Shown piece by piece: positions 19,984 to 27,352 of a stretch of DNA of 64,000 nt (the first letter of the stretch is position 1; the number at the start of each line of letters is the position of its first letter). The notes beneath the pieces were generated by a model. That model was not told where the DNA came from. It saw only the letters and a program-made list of their open reading frames with translations, and did no database searches. The stretch lies in contig CBDCWP010000033.1 in NCBI GenBank assembly GCA_965223505.1, positions 1 to 64,000 of the forward strand, written 5' to 3'. The translations under genes and the position numbers were made by a program. This stretch comes from Planctomycetota bacterium. Lineage in GTDB: Bacteria > Planctomycetota > PLA2 > JAEUHO01.

Positions 19984-20412
19984 CTACGCCTCGCGCAGAA
20001 AGCCCTGGATCGTCTCGAGCAGAGCGCCGGCTTCGTACCGCTCCTTGAGAAACCCGTCCGCGTCGACGCCGTCGTGCCGGTCGTGCAGATCCTGCGGGCG
20101 CTGGCCGCTCGAGAGCACGACACGCACGCCGGGCTGGATCTCGCGCATGCGGTGCAGCGCCTCGGTGCCATCCATCTTCGGCATCGTCACGTCGAGGAGA
20201 ACGACGCCGACGTTCTCGGCGTTCTCGCGAAACACGTCGACGGCGGTCGCGCCGTTGTCGGCCTTGAGCGCCGGGATGCCGTTGGCCTCGAGAATCGACG
20301 CCGCGATGTCGCGAATTCTCGGTTCGTCATCGACGACCAGGACGACGGATGCGTTCTTCGGCGCGGCGTTCAATCCAGCTCCCTCGTCCTCGAACTGCTC
20401 AGTATCGCACAT
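19984..20412 (-). CDS. Single-domain response regulator (receiver)
   Basis: VLVVDDE, LLDVTMPKMDG, SSG, FLK. Confidence 0.88.
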   Translation of the reverse strand: MCDTEQFEDEGAGLNAAPKNASVVLVVDDEPRIRDIAASILEANGIPALKADNGATAVDVFRENAENVGVVLLDVTMPKMDGTEALHRMREIQPGVRVVLSSGQRPQDLHDRHDGVDADGFLKERYEAGALLETIQGFLREA

Positions 20413-20458
20413 CTGGTAGGCCGATTCAGAGGTGTGAGTTTCTCGATATGATCCCCGG

Positions 20459-20917
20459 ATGAGCAGCGACGTGGAGATTCGCCAAGGCGCCTTGTCGGAC
20501 GCCGACACGCTCGTCGCGTTCAACACGGAGATGGCGCGCGAGACCGAGGGCAAGGAGCTCGCGCACGAGGTGATCTCCGCAGGCGTGCGCCGGCTCCTCG
20601 AGGACGATGCCGACGGCTTCTACCTCATCGCCGAAATGGACGGCGGGATCGTCGGGTCCCTGATGGTCACGACGGAGTGGAGCGACTGGCGCAACGGCTT
20701 CTTCTGGTGGATCCAGAGCGTGTACGTCGTGCCGGCCGAGCGCCGCAATGGTGTGTACGGGCGCCTATACGCCCGCGTGAAGTCGATGGCGGCCTTGCGC
20801 GACGACGTCTTCGGCTTTCGCCTCTACGTCGACAAGTCGAATGCAGGCGCGCGCCGCGCGTACGAAGCGCTCGGGATGCGGGAAACGGCGTACCGTTTGT
20901 ACGAGGAAGAGCTGTAG
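20459..20917 (+). CDS. GNAT family N-acetyltransferase
   Basis: EWSDWRNG..WWIQSVYV...RRNGVY...RLYVDKSN..A...YEALGM. Confidence 0.9.
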   Translation: MSSDVEIRQGALSDADTLVAFNTEMARETEGKELAHEVISAGVRRLLEDDADGFYLIAEMDGGIVGSLMVTTEWSDWRNGFFWWIQSVYVVPAERRNGVYGRLYARVKSMAALRDDVFGFRLYVDKSNAGARRAYEALGMRETAYRLYEEEL

Positions 20918-21020
20918 GGGCAGCCCTTGTGGCTGCCCAATTGGGCGATGTAGGGACAGCCCTTGTGGCTGCCCAATTGGGCGATGTAGGGGCAGCCCTT
21001 GTGGCTGCCCAATTGGGCGA
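20914..21020 (+). repeat. Three tandem 36-bp GTAG-type REP-like palindromes
   Basis: GTAGGGGCAGCCCTTGTGGCTGCCCAATTGGGCGAT starting at 20914, 20950 and 20986. Confidence 0.9.
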
Positions 21021-21283
21021 CCACAGGGCACGGGAGGCGCTCAAACGGTGCGCAGTGCGAACGGTTCATTGCAATTCCACCAAACCGCAACTTGCCGAAT
21101 TCGATGAACCACGCCGATTTGCAGCGCGTTGAACAAGGCGGCTGACGCGGAAGACCGCCGACGCCGGGTGGCGCGCACCCGTCCCACGCTCCACCCGAAC
21201 TGACATGCTCGACGACGCCTTCTCGGAGTCGCCGACTCACGTTCCGCATCCTTCGGGAATCTCAGCGGGGGAGGTCCGCACCC

Positions 21284-22897
21284 ATGACACGCCAGCGCTA
21301 CCAGTACGTCCCTTCGTTCGCGCAGACCGACGAAGACTTCAGCACACAGCTCTACGGCGCCCTGCGCCAGAGCCCGTGGTGGATGGTGTCCATCGCCGTT
21401 CACGTCTTCATCTTCGTCGTCGCCGGTCTGCTCAGCACGAGCAACCCGCCTGGTCCCAAGCCGCCTGCGCAGCTCGTCAGCACGTTCGAGACCGATCCGC
21501 CCGAGCAGGAGATCGACGACGGCCCGGAGGATCCGGATCCCGTGCCCGAACCGATCGACAAAGATCCGGAACCGATCGATACGGACGCCCCCGAAGACGA
21601 GGAGAACGTCACCGACAACAACATGAGATTCAACGAGCTTCTCGGCGCGACGGAGGACGGCATCTCCGACGGCATGGTCACGGGGCCGTCGAACAACAGC
21701 TTCATCGGGATCGGCCCCGGTGCGGGCGGTGGTCCCTTCGGGCGAGGCGGACCCCGCGATGGAAATCGCAAGGGAGGGCCCGGCGGAAACAACCGCGACA
21801 ACGCCGTGATGGACGCGTTGCTCTGGCTCAAGGCCCACCAGTCGGCCAACGGCGGCTGGGAGGCGGCGGGCTTCCACCGCTGGTGCGACGGCAAGCCCGC
21901 GTCGGATCAGAAGCCCGACGGACTGGGCAAGGCCATGTACGACCCCGGCGTCTCGGGTCTCGCGCTGTGCGCCTTCCTCGGCGCCGGCTACACGAACCGC
22001 GGGAAGCACCCGTTCAAGACGACCGTGTCGAAGGGGCTGCGCTACCTGAAGAACGTTCAAGACCCCGAGGGGTGCTTCGGCGCGAAGGCCGGGCCCAACT
22101 ACATCTACAACCACGCGACGGCGTCGCTCGCCATGGTCGAGGCCTACGGCATGACCGGCAGCCCCGTCTGGAAGGGCTCGGCGCAGCGCTGCCTGCAGTT
22201 CATCGGCATGTCGCGCAACCCGTACTTCGCGTGGCGCTACGGCGTGAAGCCCGGCGACAACGACACCTCCGTGACCGGTTGGATGATGATGGCGATCAAG
22301 AGCGCCAACCTCATCAACGCCGACGCCCGTCGCCGCGGCCAGCCGGCGCCGCTGCACGTGGACGACACCGCCTTCGACGGCATCCGCGCCTGGCTCGAGA
22401 AGATGACCGATCGCGACTACGGCCGCGTCGGCTACATCCAGCGCGGCAGCGGTCCGGCGCGGCCGAAGGAGCTGGTGGATCGCTTTCCGGCCGAGAAGTC
22501 CGAGTCGATGACGGCGGTCGGCGTGCTGGCGCGCATCTTCATGGGCGAGGACCCGTCGAAGGGCGGCAGGAACAGCACACTCGTCAAGGGCGCGGACCTG
22601 TGCGCGAAGCTCCCGCCGACCTGGAACACGAGCGACGGTTCGATCGACATGTACTACTGGTACTACGGCGCGTTGGCCATGCACCAGATGGGCGGCAAGC
22701 ACTGGAAGGTGTGGAAGGACGCCATGGACGAGTCGATCGTCGAGTCGCAACGCAAGAACACGACCTACTGCGACTTCAAGGGCTCGTGGGATCCGATCGG
22801 CCCCTGGGGTCCCGACGGCGGGCGCGTCTACTCGACCGCCATGCTGGCCATGTGCCTCGAGGTCTACTACCGCTATCCGGTGATGGGTACGAAGTAG
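21284..22897 (+). CDS. Prenyltransferase/squalene-oxidase repeat protein (planctomycete type), N-terminal TM anchor
   Basis: ALLWLKAHQ...GGW, YNHA.A, WRYG...DTSVTGW, YYWYYG, GSWDP...GGRVYSTA. Confidence 0.85.
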   Translation: MTRQRYQYVPSFAQTDEDFSTQLYGALRQSPWWMVSIAVHVFIFVVAGLLSTSNPPGPKPPAQLVSTFETDPPEQEIDDGPEDPDPVPEPIDKDPEPIDTDAPEDEENVTDNNMRFNELLGATEDGISDGMVTGPSNNSFIGIGPGAGGGPFGRGGPRDGNRKGGPGGNNRDNAVMDALLWLKAHQSANGGWEAAGFHRWCDGKPASDQKPDGLGKAMYDPGVSGLALCAFLGAGYTNRGKHPFKTTVSKGLRYLKNVQDPEGCFGAKAGPNYIYNHATASLAMVEAYGMTGSPVWKGSAQRCLQFIGMSRNPYFAWRYGVKPGDNDTSVTGWMMMAIKSANLINADARRRGQPAPLHVDDTAFDGIRAWLEKMTDRDYGRVGYIQRGSGPARPKELVDRFPAEKSESMTAVGVLARIFMGEDPSKGGRNSTLVKGADLCAKLPPTWNTSDGSIDMYYWYYGALAMHQMGGKHWKVWKDAMDESIVESQRKNTTYCDFKGSWDPIGPWGPDGGRVYSTAMLAMCLEVYYRYPVMGTK

Positions 22898-22922
22898 CTC
22901 CACTCACCTCATCACGTCCCGA

Positions 22923-22956
22923 GGCCGCCGGCGAACGCCGGCGGCCTTCTTCGTTT
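22923..22956 (+). terminator. Rho-independent terminator
   Basis: GGCCGCCGGCG-AA-CGCCGGCGGCC followed by TTCTTCGTTTT. Confidence 0.7.
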
Positions 22957-22990
22957 TCGACGCTTGCCGCGCGTGACCGACCGTGATGCC

Positions 22991-24403
22991 ATGCCCGCCA
23001 TGTCCGTCGCGCACCGCGATCTGCCGCCGCTGCCGTTCAAGAACCGATCCTTCCTCGCGTTCCTCGGCACGCAGGCGCTGGGCGCGTTCAACGACAACGT
23101 CTTCAAGCAGCTCGTGCTCCTGCTCTGCATCGGCTACACGGCCGCCGGCGCGGACTTCCAGGCCGTCGTCAACTTCCTCTTCGCGATCCCGTTTCTCGTC
23201 TTCTCCGGTCTCGCCGGCGACCTCGCCGACCGCTACAGCAAGGGCAAGCTGATGGTGGCGTGCAAGATCGCCGAGATCGTGGTCATGCTCGCGGGCCTGG
23301 CGGTCTTCGTCTACGCGTCCGGACACAGCGGTCACGGCGACGGCGAGGCGCCCGCCTACATCTGGCTCCTGGCAGTCGTGACGTTCATGATGGGCACGCA
23401 GAGCGCGTTCTTCGGACCGCCCAAGTACGGCGGTCTGCCCGAGCTCGTCCGCGACGACGACTTGGCGCCCGCCACCGGCCTGACGCAGATGACGACATTC
23501 CTCGCCATCATCTTCGGCGTCGCGGTCGCCGGCTTGCTCGCCGATCACCTCTCGGATCGACTGTACCTCTCGGGACTCGTCGCCGTCGGCATTGCCGTCT
23601 GCGGCACGTTGACGGCACTGCGCATCGAACGGTGTCCCGCGACGAACCCCGAGCGGCGCATCACCGGCAAGTCGTTCTTCAGCATCTTCCCTACGCTCGG
23701 ACGCATCATCCGAACCGATCGGCTCATGTTGACCGTGATGCTGGTGTACTCGTGGTTCTGGCTGGTCGGCGGCGTGTCCTTGGCGGCGATCAACGCGTTC
23801 GGCCTGCTCCAGCTGGGGTTGACGAACACCGAGACGAGCCTGATGGTTGCGACGCTGTCGATCGGGATCGCCGTGGGCAGTGCGGTGGTCGGCCGGTTGT
23901 CACGAGGCAAGGTGCGGTTGGGCCTGACCGCGCCGGGGTTGTTGACGATGGTCGCGTGCCTGCTCGTGTTGCTGTTCGTGCCGGCGCACGACCCGACCCC
24001 CGAGGACCTGCAGCGCTTCGCCGAGCTGAAAGCGCAGCGTGACGGCGACGTCGAACGCATCATCCCGGAGGCCGCTGCGGGTGCGCGCGTTTGCGCGTTC
24101 GCGATCTTCTTCTTCCTGGGCGCGGGCGCGGGCTTCTTCTCGGTGCCGTTGCTCGCGTTCGTACAGGCACGCCCCGACCCCGCGCGCAAGGGACAGGTCT
24201 TCGCGTCGGTGAACTGGCTCAACTGGCTGTTCATCGTTGCGTCCGCGGGCGTCTATGCCGCGGGTACGGCGATCTTCGACGGGCGCGCGAACCTTGTGCT
24301 CGCCGGCATCGGCGTCCTGACGCTCGTAGTCGGCGCGGTGTTCCTTCCGCGGATCTATCGACGGGTGCGTGAGGAGAAGCCCGACTTCGTGTTCCTGAAG
24401 TAG
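22991..24403 (+). CDS. MFS transporter, LplT/Aas-like lysophospholipid transporter family
   Basis: TQALGAFNDNVFK, AGDLADRYSK, QSAFFGPPKYG.LPELV. Confidence 0.85.
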   Translation: MPAMSVAHRDLPPLPFKNRSFLAFLGTQALGAFNDNVFKQLVLLLCIGYTAAGADFQAVVNFLFAIPFLVFSGLAGDLADRYSKGKLMVACKIAEIVVMLAGLAVFVYASGHSGHGDGEAPAYIWLLAVVTFMMGTQSAFFGPPKYGGLPELVRDDDLAPATGLTQMTTFLAIIFGVAVAGLLADHLSDRLYLSGLVAVGIAVCGTLTALRIERCPATNPERRITGKSFFSIFPTLGRIIRTDRLMLTVMLVYSWFWLVGGVSLAAINAFGLLQLGLTNTETSLMVATLSIGIAVGSAVVGRLSRGKVRLGLTAPGLLTMVACLLVLLFVPAHDPTPEDLQRFAELKAQRDGDVERIIPEAAAGARVCAFAIFFFLGAGAGFFSVPLLAFVQARPDPARKGQVFASVNWLNWLFIVASAGVYAAGTAIFDGRANLVLAGIGVLTLVVGAVFLPRIYRRVREEKPDFVFLK

Positions 24404-24710
24404 GGCGAGCCCGAGCGTGTGCGCTCACCCTTCAGTGAGGGTCCTGGGGGTGGAACCCCCAGTGAGGCACGGGCGCACGCCGGATCGTTCGCACACCGCC
24501 GCGGACGTGCTCGTGATCTAGGGGCGGGGCGAGCTCGAACGTGTGCGCTCACCCTTCAGTGGGGGTCCTGGGGGTGGAACCCCCAGTGAGGCACGGGCGC
24601 ACGCCGGATCTTTCGCACACCGCCGCGGACGTGCTCGTGATCTAGGGGCGGGGCGAGCCCGAACGTGTGCGCTCACCCTTCAGTGGGGGTCCTGGGGGTG
24701 GAACCCCCAG
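24403..24710 (+). repeat. About 2.5 tandem copies of a 124-bp hairpin-containing unit
   Basis: Units start at 24403, 24527 and 24651; each contains CTGGGGG-TGGAA-CCCCCAG. Confidence 0.9.
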
Positions 24711-24716
24711 AAACAA

Positions 24717-24750
24717 GAACGGCCGCGCGGTTCGCACCGCGCGGCCGTTC
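24717..24750. terminator. Hairpin between convergent genes (probable terminator)
   Basis: GAACGGCCGCGCGG-TTCGCA-CCGCGCGGCCGTTC, with a T-rich tail on the minus strand. Confidence 0.7.
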
Positions 24751-24776
24751 GATTCGATGTGATGTGGGAAGGGGGA

Positions 24777-25427
24777 CTACTTGTCCGACTTCTTGCCCTT
24801 GCAGCCGCCGCCGCAGCCATCGCAGCCCTTGGCGTCGCCCGTCTCGGATGCGTCGCCGGCAGCGCCCGCGGCGCCCTTGTCCTTCGCCTTGGCCTTGTCG
24901 CAGCCCTGGCAATCGTCGCAGGAACCGCACTTGCTCTTGGCATCGCCCGCCTCGGACGCGTCGCCCGCAGCGCCCGCAGCGCCCTTCTTGCAGGAGTCGC
25001 AGTCACCGGCGCCGCAGTTGCAGGCCTTGTCGCAGCCGTTGCACTCGCTCTTCATCTTCTTGAAGAAGGCGATCGTGCTGTCGGCGGTCCAGCCGTGCTC
25101 GACGAGCATGTCGCGCAGGCCGGCGTGCTTCGCTTCCTTGTTCGCGTACCAAGCGCGCCAGGCCTTGCCACCGGCTTCGGTGGTCGGGCAGGACGGGGTC
25201 TCCATGACCTCGCTCACGAGCCAGTACATCATCGTGTGCATCGGCGTCGGCGTCTTGGTCTTCGGCGCCTCGGCCTTGTCGGTCTTCTCACCCGCGGCCG
25301 GCATCTTCTTCTCGACCTTGGGTGCAGCCGTCGGGGCTTCGTCCTCGGCAACGGCGAGGCTGTTGAAGCCGATGGCGCATGCCGCCAACACGGCGAGCGC
25401 GATCATGAAACGACGAGTTGTGATCAT
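24777..25427 (-). CDS. Secreted protein with Cys-rich, metallothionein-like C-terminal tail
   Basis: Signal peptide; 13 Cys in CxxC-type clusters in the last ~90 aa; duplicated KGAAGAAGDASExGDAK linker. Confidence 0.7.
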   Translation of the reverse strand: MITTRRFMIALAVLAACAIGFNSLAVAEDEAPTAAPKVEKKMPAAGEKTDKAEAPKTKTPTPMHTMMYWLVSEVMETPSCPTTEAGGKAWRAWYANKEAKHAGLRDMLVEHGWTADSTIAFFKKMKSECNGCDKACNCGAGDCDSCKKGAAGAAGDASEAGDAKSKCGSCDDCQGCDKAKAKDKGAAGAAGDASETGDAKGCDGCGGGCKGKKSDK

Positions 25428-25692
25428 CTTGATTCTTCTCCTTTGGGATCCCATCGGTTCTCGATTCTTCGCATCCCCGATGCGATCGGGAACTCAAGCC
25501 GAAGATCTTATCAGCAGGCCTCCGGCCGTGGCCCCCCCGGGCCGGTCTTGCGGGACCTACGTTCTTTGAGACGTGCTGCGGGCCGAACTCGTTCCGCGAA
25601 AAGCGTTTACGCCATCTTCACGATCGCCTGGGAAACGCCGTTCCCGGGACCCGCTACCATCGGGAATCCCGAGCCCGAACCAGGAGCAAGCC

Positions 25693-25899
25693 ATGGAGTC
25701 CTCCAGCCGCAACGACATCCGTTCCCTGCTCAAGACGTTCGGGATCCAGGCAGACGAGGCCATGGTGGCGCATCTCGCCCGCAACCCGGGCACCGAGCCG
25801 CTGCGCGTGCGATTGACGCTGGCGGACATGACGAACTACGGGGGCAACCCGCCGGACGCGCCGCTGCGCCTCGACGTCGAGGGGGAAATCAACCGCTAA
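25693..25899 (+). CDS. Small hypothetical protein (68 aa)
   Basis: AGGAG RBS, ATG, host-like codon usage (MESSSRNDIRSLLKTFGIQADEA...). Confidence 0.65.
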   Translation: MESSSRNDIRSLLKTFGIQADEAMVAHLARNPGTEPLRVRLTLADMTNYGGNPPDAPLRLDVEGEINR

Positions 25900-26005
25900 C
25901 CCGGTCGAGACAGGACGTTCCGCCTGGGGAATCGGCTGCAACAAGGACCGGTGTGGCTCCGTCTATCTCCCGAACGCGGGAATGGACCCGCGACGGAGTC
26001 GTCCC

Positions 26006-26530
26006 TTGAGCCGCATTGTCATCGCATCCGTCTTCGTCGTTGCCCTGTTCGCCGTCGCGGCAACGACCGCGGATGCCGAGAAGCGGGTCAAGAAGATCCC
26101 GCCGCGCACGGTCTATCTCGAGTCCGACGACCTCACCTGAGTGGTGTGCCAGGGCAAGATCGTCCGCGCGTTGCGCAATGTTCCGGGTGTCAAAGAGGTC
26201 AACAAGGGCTCCCACCGCAAGGAGTTGGAGATCGTTCGAGACGGAAGGAAGAAGAACGACAAGGAACTGACGGCGGCCGTGAAGGGCGTGGGCTTCGCCG
26301 CGTCCGTCGTACCGACGGCGACGGTCAAGCTGACGGTCAGGGGACTGGACTGCGGCGGCTGCGAGGCGCGGGCGAAGGCGACGCTCGAGAAGGCGGCGGG
26401 GACGAAGAGCGCCGCCGTGTCGAAGAAGACGAAACAGGCCGAGATCACCTACGACACGCGCAAGACCACAACCACGAAGCTCGTCGCCGCGCTGAAGAAG
26501 GCCGGATTCCCCGCCGAGAAGAAATCGTAG
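26006..26530 (+). CDS. Secreted double HMA-domain protein with in-frame TGA (putative UxxC)
   Basis: TTG start after GGAG, signal peptide, DDLT*VVC (TGA 26138-26140) in domain 1, GLDCGGC in domain 2. Confidence 0.8.
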
Positions 26531-26534
26531 CGGA

Positions 26535-26858
26535 TCAGCGAGACGCCATCCGGAGCACGAACAAGACGGCGACGATCGCGACGGCGACGCCGATGACGGT
26601 CATGATCACGTCGTCGCGGCTGTAGCGCGCGGGGTGTGCGGGCGGCGGCCGGCCGTTCGCGCGCCGACCGCGCCTTCGCTGGATGCGTTCCTGTTGACTC
26701 TTGCGCCACCCGCTGCGCTCCGCCGCGATGAAGAGGAAAGTGAGAATCACTGCGGGGACGTAGCCGGCATTGCGCCCGAAGAGCATGAGCAACACCGGGA
26801 TCGCAACGACCATCACAAGCGCCAGGACCTCGATCCACGACACGCCCCGCCGGGTCAT
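26535..26858 (-). CDS. Small membrane protein (paralog of adjacent gene)
   Basis: IPVLLMLFGRNAGYVPAVILTFLFIAAE..GW; Arg-rich loop; C-terminal TM. Confidence 0.65.
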   Translation of the reverse strand: MTRRGVSWIEVLALVMVVAIPVLLMLFGRNAGYVPAVILTFLFIAAERSGWRKSQQERIQRRRGRRANGRPPPAHPARYSRDDVIMTVIGVAVAIVAVLFVLRMASR

Positions 26859-27292
26859 AGCAGCGGCTGGATCCACCGGACCCAGATCACGAAGAGCGCC
26901 GCGGCGACGCCGAACGCAATGAGGACGACGTTCCCGGAGTCGGTCCCGTGGTTGCCGGGCGTGCGTATCCGCGTCCTTCGTGCGCCGAGATGGCGCACCC
27001 GGTGAGCGAACCGGCCTGCGGCCATGGGCGGCGGTGGCGGTCGCCGGGGCGGGTCGCGCCGCCGGGCGCGGCGACGACGGCGACGATCGGTGCGATCACG
27101 CTGGTCCCGTCGCCAACCGGCCGCCTCCGCCACGATGAAGAGGAACGTCAGCAGCACGAGCGGGATGAACCCGCCCGCCCGGCCGAAGACCACCATGAAC
27201 ACGGGAATCGAGAGAACGAGAACGACGGCAAAGATGTCGATCCCGAAGCGTCTTTGCGCCGCCCGCCGGCGTAGCCCCCTGCGCAGTCCCAC
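26855..27292 (-). CDS. Small membrane protein (paralog of adjacent gene)
   Basis: IPVFMVVFGRAGGFIPLVLLTFLFIVAE..GW; stop overlaps next ATG; start uncertain. Confidence 0.6.
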   Translation of the reverse strand: MGLRRGLRRRAAQRRFGIDIFAVVLVLSIPVFMVVFGRAGGFIPLVLLTFLFIVAEAAGWRRDQRDRTDRRRRRRARRRDPPRRPPPPPMAAGRFAHRVRHLGARRTRIRTPGNHGTDSGNVVLIAFGVAAALFVIWVRWIQPLL

Positions 27293-27352
27293 CGCGGCCT
27301 CCTGTCCGGCGCGGGGAACGTCCGCATTGTCGCAGCGCGCGAGGGTCGCGCG

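Noticed and set aside
20914..24710. CRISPR arrays at the 36-bp and 124-bp repeats
   Set aside because: No unique spacers between repeats and no cas genes.
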